From Spirochaetota bacterium (GTDB taxonomy: Bacteria > Spirochaetota > Brachyspiria > Brachyspirales > JACRPF01): 64,000 bases of DNA. Numbering within the stretch: position 1 is the first letter of the stretch; each line of letters starts with the position of its first letter. Location: assembly GCA_038043445.1 (NCBI GenBank), contig JBBTBY010000027.1, forward strand, positions 56,153-120,152. The letters run 5' to 3'. Shown here in pieces: positions 11,401 through 19,132 of the stretch. Made by a program: the position numbers and the translations under genes. The notes below the pieces were generated by a model that saw only the letters and a program-made list of their open reading frames with translations, made no database searches and was not told where the DNA came from.

Positions 11401-12114
11401 CCGGGAACGAGCGTATACATACGGCGTACGGTCACGTTCTCGTGTTACGGCCGCGACGCTGTCGGCAATACGAGCGCCACACAGGCAAGGATATACACCG
11501 TCAACAGCAGAAGGAGCCCGGCTATCCTTTCGGCAAGTACCGTACTGAGGCCCCTGTCCAATGCCGTCGATCTATCGCTTACGCTCGAGGCGCCGCTCAT
11601 CCCGTACGGGCTTGCGTATTCCTACGCCCTTGCCGGGAGCTCCCAGTGGATACCGATCAGCGGGGGGAATTTGCTCGGCACAACGACGGGGCTTTTTGAT
11701 ACCGGCGTGAAGAACACATGGGTCGTGCGCGGCGTTGACACCTCGAAGAAATGTCATCTCATGGTCGTGGCGGACAATGGAGAGGACATCGGCGAACCCT
11801 ATATCGTGAGCAATATCACCATCTCCTCGCTGTTCTCGCTGCGCAATGATCTCACGCAGGCGGTCGCCCTCGGCAACCCCTACCGCAATGGCGACGGGAT
11901 AGAGTTCGTGAACATCATGGAAGGCACGTCGGCTTCGATCTATTCCATTGCCGGTAAATGTCTCGCGACCGTTCCCGCGGGTACCGGGACCGAGGGCAGG
12001 CTGCTCTGGAATGTGCGCGCGAAGGACGGCGCCAAGGTCGCTCCGGGCGTGTATGTCTGCGTGCTCAAGTCGTCGTGGGGGACGAAGGTCCTTAAGGTGA
12101 TGGTCCTGCGCTGA
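8440..12114 (+). CDS. Large secreted cargo protein with Por/T9SS-type C-terminal sorting domain
   Basis: The ORF track calls 8329..12114. The likely start is GTG at 8440 with GGAG RBS, giving signal peptide 'VRILTYSVCFAAFIFTLTA'. The last ~80 aa ('NPYRNGDGIEFVNI...SIYSIAGKCLATV...GRLLWNVRAKDGAKVAPGVYVCVLKS..KVLKVMVLR') fit the T9SS CTD (Por_Secre_tail) consensus. Confidence 0.6.
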   Translation: MVRILTYSVCFAAFIFTLTAMPSYDDVLLVIKAGDAASAEIGTYFQTARKIPAVNVATISLSGSGATKVPMAQRDQFVTDIKNYIDANGLAGKINYIVLSSGFPTKGYDNAGSTAWSILDVYIMHKLSSMYPLASWCTNNPYAYIRKSNYLNRESIKFSKSKYGYYIVTRLDGPSRSAIKKMIDNFGPTVFDSWQGGVKYVVDSMAQYTGSSAQQHHEDIRANITARGGTFVLWRTNDGFVNNCSGINFLDADWVVGADGAYSRGSVISSFPHQWKRLSFRPGSVMQTYRSFPTGDGYFATTQFGLWEYNPGTLTSRMASDGSDYEVMNMADVGINEDDHTIWCATSLHPDHESISTHDHVSVDYMRRHGAGVAVYDKSGNLIVRYTKDNTGGGLLCDAVYTVSYDKFNHRMWVGTFSGVCYFNTVTRSWGTPAGLTHPDGARVAQIYVDPTTSGQRIYVTFTQGGSGTSTRVPNRLASWHRVFEYNVGGNSTAVLSLGVADTFYSAKVAKTDADIIWFRYGTNRNSTNFYYLRKVQLSTSAKLYEVSFRDIGGLDYTPPMSHVRCPHNIVVDASGATKYLYTPIGTSNAAPTIKNGVLRITEGAVPAAEIWGSAGMWTGTSPELANVVGHVVIQNPFHPDRIYLVTRQHSTIRSTSGKIFEMSSVNTAGTEIKAGSTSLINVNGAVFDEQSDGKLWFVRYQYAAVGQYALYELYNYGLTGAMGGFSHDGFYYDGQMLSSTPPASEFIANTEPDYHLYSAESSGSPTLMSMYQLKGMAMLLLDGFYFAEARFGSLAIYPTQGSGGHYAHMIVMDPKAAPYAPRVDLSALHPNVTESIYTAEVFTPSVASKSAFIAGSINAGTVRLYGPGSVYIPADSITLNDKGTSLEIRYDARTGATASGAYTLVLKCGVDGIKNARGASLVNTKADEFKDEVSLTYNAELDHTAPTVAGFPASFTTNRGFTIDLTVDEDNGYWSTNGVTYTAFAKPGTSVYIRRTVTFSCYGRDAVGNTSATQARIYTVNSRRSPAILSASTVLRPLSNAVDLSLTLEAPLIPYGLAYSYALAGSSQWIPISGGNLLGTTTGLFDTGVKNTWVVRGVDTSKKCHLMVVADNGEDIGEPYIVSNITISSLFSLRNDLTQAVALGNPYRNGDGIEFVNIMEGTSASIYSIAGKCLATVPAGTGTEGRLLWNVRAKDGAKVAPGVYVCVLKSSWGTKVLKVMVLR

Positions 12115-12127
12115 ACGGCAGACCGTC

Positions 12128-13366
12128 CTACTGCGCTGCGTATTTCTTATTGAACTCAGCGATGCGTTTCGCTATCAATGGATGCGATGCGCTCGTCATA
12201 TTGAAGTCCTTGCTCTGCCAGACGAAATGCCACACCCAGAGGCATATGAGCGGCGCACCCTCTTTTTCACAGGCGTCGATGTATCGAAGCGTCCACTCCA
12301 TGCCGGGGTCCTCGGCATGCTTGGGCGTATCCTGTCCGAGCTCGCCGATGAACACCGGTTTTCCCGAGGCGAGAGCGGCGTGTACGAGACCGATGCATCG
12401 CTCACCGCTCGTCGCGGGCCATCCGGGGTATTTTTTTTCGTCGGTAAGATTCCCCGGTTTGCCGTATTGATGGAAGCTGAACACATCGAGCGATGACTGC
12501 GAGGCGATATTGTTCGCAAGGAGCTCGTCCCATGTGTCGCTCCGGTACTTGAAGTCGGGGAATGTCTCGCGGCGGCTCGTGCATTCATCGCGTGTCCTCG
12601 AATCGCCGCTCGTGATGAGATGGTTCGGGTCGATCGACCTGATGAACGCGGTATGCTCCTTGTATATACGCATTATCATGTCCCAGGTGAGCGAGTCCTC
12701 GCGTTCGCCGTTGGTGCGTATCGTGTTCGGGAAATCGGCCGGATAGACGCCTTTGGGTTTGAGCGGGCGGTTCTTCACATCGACGTCCGCTTTGAGCATC
12801 ACCTCGTTCTCAAGCTCCCACATGAGCACGGTGGGATCGTCCTTGTATCGCGATACGAATTCCCGGATATATTTCATCGTCGCGGCATAGGTCTTCGATG
12901 ACGGATCGAGTATCGCCTGCGCGGGTTCAGAGCACCAGGAATACCACCCTGTCACTGTGCCGAGGGACGGGATGAGTCGGATGTTATTCGTGCGGCAGAG
13001 CGCGAACACCTCGTCCATCATTTTCCAGTACCGTTCGGGATCTTTAGCGTACAGAAGACTTATATCTTTCGGATATCCCGGGCCTGCGAAAAAGCGCATG
13101 AAGGCCACGCCGTTCTTCGCCGCATCAAGGACGCCGTCTATCATCGCCTGCTTCGCGTTCTCATGCGTGCCGTATTTTTCGCGATCATGGAACCAGGTGC
13201 CCATGTACGACTGATGGAGATTGGGCATGTTCACGCCCATGGCGCGGTATTCCTTTCCGTTGAGATAGAGCTTTGCCCCTTGCTTTGTTACAAAACCGAT
13301 GGGTGTTGTGTACGCTGCGCACGCGGTGATGATGGCGGTAATGACGAATCGATAGAGGTCTTTCAT
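12128..13366 (-). CDS. Glycoside hydrolase, GH-A clan (GH5-like)
   Basis: Signal peptide after the internal Met ('MKDLYRFVITAIITACAAYT'). 'LMWELENEV' acid/base strand and 'PVFIGELG' nucleophile strand are typical of GH5. Confidence 0.65.
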   Translation of the reverse strand: MKDLYRFVITAIITACAAYTTPIGFVTKQGAKLYLNGKEYRAMGVNMPNLHQSYMGTWFHDREKYGTHENAKQAMIDGVLDAAKNGVAFMRFFAGPGYPKDISLLYAKDPERYWKMMDEVFALCRTNNIRLIPSLGTVTGWYSWCSEPAQAILDPSSKTYAATMKYIREFVSRYKDDPTVLMWELENEVMLKADVDVKNRPLKPKGVYPADFPNTIRTNGEREDSLTWDMIMRIYKEHTAFIRSIDPNHLITSGDSRTRDECTSRRETFPDFKYRSDTWDELLANNIASQSSLDVFSFHQYGKPGNLTDEKKYPGWPATSGERCIGLVHAALASGKPVFIGELGQDTPKHAEDPGMEWTLRYIDACEKEGAPLICLWVWHFVWQSKDFNMTSASHPLIAKRIAEFNKKYAAQ

Positions 13367-13482
13367 GGGGGCTCCTGAAAGCGATATCGTTCTTGTCCTT
13401 GCCGCTATACTGTACTGCAACGGATGTGCAGTGTCAATGTACACAACTGTTTTTTGCCTATCTGATAATGCTTTCAGCGAAG

Positions 13483-14499
13483 TCACATCGAAACGATGCG
13501 CTTTTTTTCGTTTGATGAGCGTATGGCATCGAATATCGTGGAAAGCTCGAGCGCCGCGTCCAGCGACACCGGATAGGCCGCTTCCCCGCGAATCGCTTTT
13601 GCGATGGCGGCATAGATCTCATTCGTGTCACCGTAGATGTCGCCGAGCGTTTCCACACTCTCGCTGGGCTTTGCTCCTTTCATGTCGGCGTACTTCGTCG
13701 GGTCGTCGGGCTTCGGCGGTTCATGACGGATAAGCGTCAGCTGTTTTCCATGGACGATAACGCTCCCTTTCGTTCCCTGTACTATCCAGTTGGGCATTGC
13801 CGTCGGCGTCATGGTATGCTCCGCAAGCACAAGCGTGCCGTTGGAAAGCGTTATCGCGGCGAAGAAATTATCCTCGACGTCGCCGGGATTGATGACCTGC
13901 TTCATGTTCCCGTACACGGTACGCGGCTTTCCGCCCCCGATCAGCACTGCGGGGAATACGATATGCGGTCCCCAATTGAGGAGATAACCCCCGCCGCAGC
14001 GTTTTTCCGTCTGCCAGTCACTGCGTGTCCCGAAAGCGGTGACGATGCGGCGTATCATGAACACATCGCCGATGGTCTTCTGCTCGATGATCTCGCGAAG
14101 CCTTCGCGTGTCCGCACCCCAGAACGTCGGAAGCCACGGAAGGAGCATGCGCTTCGTGCGTTTCGCCGCGGCTATCATCGTACGCGCCTCACGCGCGTTC
14201 ACCGCCCAGGGTTTTGTGACAAGGACATTCGCCCCCGCGGAAAGTGCATCGCATGTCATGGCGCAGTGCTGGTCTGTGCGGGTGACGATGATAACGAGAT
14301 CGAGTTTCTCTTTTGCAAGCATTTTGCGATGATCCGTGTATGCCGGACAGGAAAAGCGTTGTGCCGCCTCGTCGCGGCGTTTTGCGTCGATATCGCAGAC
14401 TGCCGCCATGGTGAATCCTTTGTTCGTGCCGACGCCGCCCGCATGCATGGTGCTGCCGTTGCGTCCATAACCGAGTATGGCGGTGCGAATGGTGTCCAT
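13483..14499 (-). CDS. Gfo/Idh/MocA family oxidoreductase
   Basis: 'IRTAILGYGRNGSTMHA' N-terminal Rossmann fold. 'LVTKPWAVNAREA' resembles the EKP-type motif. Start moved to the internal Met. Confidence 0.75.
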   Translation of the reverse strand: MDTIRTAILGYGRNGSTMHAGGVGTNKGFTMAAVCDIDAKRRDEAAQRFSCPAYTDHRKMLAKEKLDLVIIVTRTDQHCAMTCDALSAGANVLVTKPWAVNAREARTMIAAAKRTKRMLLPWLPTFWGADTRRLREIIEQKTIGDVFMIRRIVTAFGTRSDWQTEKRCGGGYLLNWGPHIVFPAVLIGGGKPRTVYGNMKQVINPGDVEDNFFAAITLSNGTLVLAEHTMTPTAMPNWIVQGTKGSVIVHGKQLTLIRHEPPKPDDPTKYADMKGAKPSESVETLGDIYGDTNEIYAAIAKAIRGEAAYPVSLDAALELSTIFDAIRSSNEKKRIVSM

Positions 14500-14638
14500 G
14501 TCGCGCTCCTTCTGTGATAAATAACGATACTGCGGAAAGGTACTATCGATGCCCCGCACAATGAATGGACGAAACCGGAAACGGCATGGAGAATCTCGCG
14601 ACACTTTGCTTTTTTCGCGATTTTGTTATACTTCCCGC

Positions 14639-15337
14639 ATGGAAGTACGACTCCTCCGACATACGCCCGACCCTGAAACCGCGGTAGCGACCGCCGCGCG
14701 GCTATGTTATTCCCCGGCGAGCATCGCCGATCTTGAGACGAAGATAGCGAAAAGCGATGTCGATGCGTTCATTACGAAGCTTGCCGACATGAACCATTAT
14801 ACGCCCTTTGAGCATGCGAGCTTCACGTTCGGCATCGACGGTGTTTCGCGCGTGACCACGCATGAGCTTGTGCGCCATCGCCTGGCGAGCTATTCGCAGC
14901 AAAGCCAGCGCTACATCGCCGAGGGGGCTTCATTTACGTACACTACGCCGCCGGCCATACAGAAGGACAAGGCGCTTGCATCGCGCTACGAGACGTTCAT
15001 GAACGAGGCGGCATCGCTTTATCGCCACTTCATCGACAGCGGGGTGGAGCAGGAAGATGCGCGGTATGTGCTCCCCAACGCGAAAGAGGCGAAGATAATA
15101 GTGACGATGAACGCGCGCGAGCTTATGCATTTCTTCAATCTGCGCATGTGCACCCGTGCGCAATGGGAGATACGCGCCATGGCGAAACGCATGTGCGAGC
15201 TTGCGAAGGGTGCGGCGCCGGCGCTGTTCAAGAACGCGGGCGCATCGTGCGATACGCAGGGGTTCTGTCCGGAAGGGCAGTATTCCTGCGGCAGATTTCC
15301 GACACTGAAAGAGACAATAAAAGGCAAGGAACAATGA
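14639..15337 (+). CDS. thyX: FAD-dependent thymidylate synthase ThyX
   Basis: 'YTPFEHASFTF...RVTTHELVRHRLASYSQQSQRY' matches the ThyX RHRxxxxxxxS motif. The internal Met start gives ~232 aa. Confidence 0.85.
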   Translation: MEVRLLRHTPDPETAVATAARLCYSPASIADLETKIAKSDVDAFITKLADMNHYTPFEHASFTFGIDGVSRVTTHELVRHRLASYSQQSQRYIAEGASFTYTTPPAIQKDKALASRYETFMNEAASLYRHFIDSGVEQEDARYVLPNAKEAKIIVTMNARELMHFFNLRMCTRAQWEIRAMAKRMCELAKGAAPALFKNAGASCDTQGFCPEGQYSCGRFPTLKETIKGKEQ

Positions 15338-16305
15338 AAAAGAAAATCGATAGAAGGACCGTGGAGACCGTGGGCGGGCAGGCCGTCATTGAGGGCGTCA
15401 TGCTCCGTGATAAGATGCATTATGCGGTGGCGGTGCGCCGGGAGAAGGGCGATATCGTGACCAAGAAGGAAGCGATAGTGAGCGCGGCTTCCAAGTATAC
15501 GCTTTTCAAGCTGCCGTTCCTCCGGGGCATGCTCAACTTTTTCGAGCAGCTGAAGCTCGGATACTCTATCCTCACGTATTCCGCTGATGAGGCCATGACC
15601 GAGGAAGAGCGTAAGAAGGAAGCGGCGAAGAAAAAAAAGGGGAACGGCGATTGGGTGCTTACCATCGCGCTCATTCTTTCGCTCGTGTTCGCGATAGCAC
15701 TTTTCAAGGCATTGCCCTTCGTGCTCACCGTGCTCCTCGGCGGCCTTTTCAATTCCAAGAACATGGCCGTCGACCATCCCATTGTTTTCAACAGCATAGC
15801 CGGCGTCATCAAGCTCCTTGTGTTCTTCTTTTATCTTCTCGCCATGTCGCTCATGAAGGACATGCGCCGTATGTTCCAGTATCACGGGGCCGAGCATAAG
15901 GTCGCCAATGCGTACGAAGCGGGGGAGAAAATATCGCCGAAGACAGTGAAGCGATTCCCCGTCGTTCATCCGCGCTGCGGGACGACTTTCATCTTTCTCG
16001 TGCTTGCAGTAGGCGTTGTCGTCTACATCGCCATGCAGCCGCTCATCAACAGCCTGCCGGGCTTCCGTACAATGGGTAAATTCCAGAGCAATATCGCGAT
16101 ACTGGCGATACAGATAGGCATGCTGCCTTTCATCGCCGGTATTTCCTACGAACTTCTCAAGCTCGCGTTCCGTTTCGAGAAGAATTTCGTCCTGCAGGCG
16201 GCGATCTTCCCGGGGCTGTTGTTCCAGCGTCTGACGACGAAAGAGCCCGATCAAAAGCAGATCGAGGTCGCCATTGCCTCCTTCGAGAAGCTCAAAGGCG
16301 CATGA
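15334..16305 (+). CDS. DUF1385 domain protein (YqhQ-like)
   Basis: 'TVGGQAVIEGVMLRD' N-terminal hallmark, several TM helices. ATGA overlap with the thyX stop. Confidence 0.7.
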   Translation: MKKKIDRRTVETVGGQAVIEGVMLRDKMHYAVAVRREKGDIVTKKEAIVSAASKYTLFKLPFLRGMLNFFEQLKLGYSILTYSADEAMTEEERKKEAAKKKKGNGDWVLTIALILSLVFAIALFKALPFVLTVLLGGLFNSKNMAVDHPIVFNSIAGVIKLLVFFFYLLAMSLMKDMRRMFQYHGAEHKVANAYEAGEKISPKTVKRFPVVHPRCGTTFIFLVLAVGVVVYIAMQPLINSLPGFRTMGKFQSNIAILAIQIGMLPFIAGISYELLKLAFRFEKNFVLQAAIFPGLLFQRLTTKEPDQKQIEVAIASFEKLKGA

Positions 16306-17159
16306 GGCTTTTTCTCATTGCGGTCGCTGCCTCGCTTTCCCTGTGGGCGGCGGACGTCCCGGTGCGGTTGTACTCCATCGGCGTAAGCGCGGCGCATCCC
16401 TCGATACCGGCAAATCCCGAACTGCCATCGCTCATCGAAGAGCTTTTTCAGACAACGACATCGGTGAATGTGCCTGAGGAGTCGGTATCATTCCTCACCG
16501 GTCCCTTCGCGCGTGCGCAATTCATAAAGAAATTCACGGCAAGGACCATAGCCGCCGACGGCGTCGTGGTACTCTATCTGAACACCTATGCGCTTCGCGG
16601 CAAAGACGGCATTCTCCTCGCAGCGTCGGACAGCGTGCTTTCCAATACGGCTTCATTCCTCCCGCTTGCCGATGTGCTCTCATTCACTCCGCGCGCGCTT
16701 GTTCTCATACTCGATACGCCCGTTTCCAATGTGTCACCGCTTATCCCCGTGAGCGATGCGTTCGTTGCTGCCGCATGCGATGCGCTCCTTGGGAAGATAC
16801 CTCATTCCATCATACGGAATGCCGCCGGCGGGAACGCGTTCATACGGAGCATGGTGGGTAATTTCAGTATCCGCGTCGGTACCGATACGAAAGGCATTGA
16901 CGGAACGGTCACGGCCGGGGAGTTCATCGGAGCACTGCCGAAGGCCGAGACGACAGCGAACACGCTCGGTGATATGAGCAATGCCGTTATCGCGTCCTAT
17001 CAGTGGGGGAGCGGGTCAGTGTCATTGAGCACCAATCGCTTCCCCGTGCGGCGAGCGGTGCTTACGAGGAATTTCGTCGTGTACCGGCGAGCGGTGAACA
17101 CGAATGCCGACGCTTCCTATACGATAGCGACGAATGTGTCGCAGGGGAAGTGGAAGTAG
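16302..17159 (+). CDS. Secreted hypothetical protein
   Basis: Signal peptide 'MRLFLIAVAASLSLWAAD'. ATGA overlap with the upstream stop. No recognisable domain. Confidence 0.45.
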   Translation: MRLFLIAVAASLSLWAADVPVRLYSIGVSAAHPSIPANPELPSLIEELFQTTTSVNVPEESVSFLTGPFARAQFIKKFTARTIAADGVVVLYLNTYALRGKDGILLAASDSVLSNTASFLPLADVLSFTPRALVLILDTPVSNVSPLIPVSDAFVAAACDALLGKIPHSIIRNAAGGNAFIRSMVGNFSIRVGTDTKGIDGTVTAGEFIGALPKAETTANTLGDMSNAVIASYQWGSGSVSLSTNRFPVRRAVLTRNFVVYRRAVNTNADASYTIATNVSQGKWK

Positions 17160-17167
17160 GGGGGGCA

Positions 17168-17248
17168 ACCCCTATCCCCGCCTCTTTCCACCCGTGGCGG
17201 CTTTGCCGTCAGCTGCGCCAAAGGCGCACGTCTGAGAAGGGAAAGGGG
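17168..17248 (+). repeat. Left inverted repeat (IR-L) flanking the TA cassette
   Basis: ~81 nt starting 'acccctatcccc...ccacccgtggcgg...gctgcgccaaaggcgcacgtctgagaagggaaagggg'. It matches the reverse complement of 18592-18675 with roughly 5 mismatches and 2 indels. Confidence 0.8.
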
Positions 17249-17354
17249 AGAGTAACCCCGATACACGCGACTCTATAAATTTTGTTGTAGAATAATATGA
17301 TTGGTATATACTACGGGCATAGATTGCGAATAGTTTTTTACGCGAGGACGCTCG

Positions 17355-17525
17355 ATGCAGAATTTGCTCAACGAATTGACAGCATTGCTCTCCAAAGATG
17401 AACGCCTCGCGGCAGACGGCAAACTCCTCAAGAATAAAGTCATAGAGCTCGCACTAGGAATGGACGCCGATTATAAGGTTTCGGGAGCGGATAAGAAATT
17501 GAATAAGTTTTTTTACACAAAATAG
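17355..17525 (+). pseudogene. 56-aa ORF resembling the N-terminus of type III / type IIG R-M Mod-like methyltransferases (probable gene fragment)
   Basis: 'MQNLLNELTALLSKDERLAADGKLLKNKVIELALGMDADYKVSGADKKLNKFFYTK'. My recollection is that Mod N-termini look like '...LLEKDERL...GVLLKNKIVELALKLD...'. It lies in an AT-rich stretch and lacks the rest of the gene. Confidence 0.3.
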
Positions 17526-17540
17526 CGGAAGGAGGCTTTT

Positions 17541-17786
17541 ATGCGCTTGACCATCAACATCCCCGACAGCGCCTTTTCAAGCATATGGGTAACGCCGGAA
17601 GAATATGTGAAAGAGATGGAAAAAGCTGCGACAGTAAAATGGTATGAGATGCGGAAGATCACGCAGGACAAGGCCGCCGAAATATGCGGGGTGACCCGCG
17701 CCGAGTTCATTAAAGTCTTAAGTGAGTATAAAGTTTCAGTGCTACAGGACGACGAGACCTCTTTGCATGAGGAATTGGATGAGTAA
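17541..17786 (+). CDS. UPF0175 family antitoxin-like protein
   Basis: 81 aa, partner of the downstream DUF3368 gene. GGAGG RBS. It overlaps the toxin start by 8 nt (ATGAGTAA). Confidence 0.65.
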   Translation: MRLTINIPDSAFSSIWVTPEEYVKEMEKAATVKWYEMRKITQDKAAEICGVTRAEFIKVLSEYKVSVLQDDETSLHEELDE

Positions 17787-18258
17787 CGAGATCGTCCTCA
17801 ATGCCTCGCCGATAATACTCTTTTCCAAAACGGGGTATTTTCATGTTCTGCGGAAATTGTTCGATAAAATGTATATTCCGCGTGTCGTGGTGCAGGAAAT
17901 AGCCGTCGATGCTTCGAATGAAACAGCAACTGTATTGAAAGAAGACGGCATTGTCGTGCATTGCAACACGCAGAATAATGATAAAGTTATTTCATGGGAT
18001 CTCGGTATTGGAGAAACCGGCGTAATTTCGTTTGCTTTGGCGAATCCCGCCGTTCGTCCTGTGCTGGGTGACGCGGAAGCGAAGGCGTGCTGCCTGTCAT
18101 TGGGGATCAAACCACTCGGTACCGGATCGGTATTGATCCTGGCGAAACGTGCCGGGCTGTTACCGTCCGTAAAAACGGTGCTGCTTGAGATGCGTTCGAA
18201 GGGAATGTGGATCTCGGATGCGGTTGTCGATTCTATTTCCTCAAAAGCGGGGGGATAA
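17779..18258 (+). CDS. DUF3368 (PIN-like) putative toxin / nucleic-acid-binding protein
   Basis: 'MSNEIVLNASPIILFSKTGYFHVLRKLFDKMYIPRVVVQEI' fits the DUF3368 N-terminus. This is a canonical UPF0175/DUF3368 pair. Confidence 0.65.
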   Translation: MSNEIVLNASPIILFSKTGYFHVLRKLFDKMYIPRVVVQEIAVDASNETATVLKEDGIVVHCNTQNNDKVISWDLGIGETGVISFALANPAVRPVLGDAEAKACCLSLGIKPLGTGSVLILAKRAGLLPSVKTVLLEMRSKGMWISDAVVDSISSKAGG

Positions 18259-18428
18259 TGCCTCAAACTCTTGAACAGGAGATAACGACCTGTGTAAGGC
18301 ACGAAAAGTCATTGCCCGAAACGCCGAAACATATCCGCGACAATCTCAATTCTGCCTTTGATCTCAGACCGTATCAGCACGAAGCGTTCGGGCGTTGTCT
18401 GCGGCATGTGTTCCACTGCGAAGTGTGA
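18258..18428 (+). pseudogene. N-terminal fragment of an SF2 helicase / ResIII-like restriction subunit
   Basis: 56 aa ending '...NSAFDLRPYQHEAFGRCL'; 'LRPYQxEA' is an SF2 motif. It is followed by a stop with no helicase body, and its TAATG start overlaps the toxin stop. Confidence 0.3.
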
Positions 18429-18591
18429 ACACGCCGCTGTAGCGGGTTTTTTATCCTGCGCAATGAAGAATTGACCCGCTGCAGGGAAGAAATCGACCGC
18501 TGTAACAAGCAAATGGTTCGCATCACACAGCAACAATGGTCATTCAGAATAATACATTATTTACGATACATTCTATGTTCAAAACAAGCGA

Positions 18592-18675
18592 GCCCCTTTC
18601 CCTTCCTAGACGTGCGCCTTTGGCGCAGCTGGCGGCAATGCCGCCACGGGTGGAAAGGGGCCGGGGGATAGGGGT
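18592..18675 (-). repeat. Right inverted repeat (IR-R) flanking the TA cassette
   Basis: Reverse complement aligns to 17168-17248 at ~90% identity by eye. It abuts the stop of the DUF327 gene. Confidence 0.8.
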
Positions 18676-18679
18676 GAAT

Positions 18680-19126
18680 TCACGACATCACATCCACGAC
18701 AAGCCCTTTCAGCCGTATGATCTTATTCGTCACCGCAATGCGGTCCTTCTGTGTCTTGCGGACGAGCCGATAGAGCGCGTCCAGTTCCGTATTGATGACC
18801 TTGACGATCTCATACTGCTTTGTGCGCGAGAGGCCGACTTTCTTGAGACGGTACGCATCGGTGGAGACGCGTTTGGTGAGCTCGCGTATGAGGTCGCGGA
18901 AACGCTGATACTGTTCGAGCGACGGTTCGCGGTCGAGGGCATCGCCGGCAGTGTCTATTTCGCGCTTAAGGTCATCGAGCGATAATGAGAATTCTTCGAA
19001 TACGACCGCTTCCTGCTTTTCGAGCGCCGCACGGAAATCGGCGGAGCCTGTTTTCGATGATGTCGCGGATGGTTTCTTCCGTTCATTGATGCGGCGCTGC
19101 TGTGAGAATGCATCATCGACACGCAT
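18680..19126 (-). CDS. YaaR/DUF327 family protein
   Basis: The C-terminal half 'KQYEIVKVINTELDALYRLVRKTQKDRIAVTNKIIRLKGLVVDV' parallels B. subtilis YaaR '...KIYKLVEKIDEKLLGLTD...LLNLVGEIQGLLINI'. Confidence 0.55.
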   Translation of the reverse strand: MRVDDAFSQQRRINERKKPSATSSKTGSADFRAALEKQEAVVFEEFSLSLDDLKREIDTAGDALDREPSLEQYQRFRDLIRELTKRVSTDAYRLKKVGLSRTKQYEIVKVINTELDALYRLVRKTQKDRIAVTNKIIRLKGLVVDVMS

Positions 19127-19132
19127 GTGCGT

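Noticed and set aside
17513-18536. Minus-strand ORFs (65-153 aa) antisense to the TA genes and helicase fragment
   Set aside because: They overlap well-supported plus-strand TA genes. No RBS or domain evidence.
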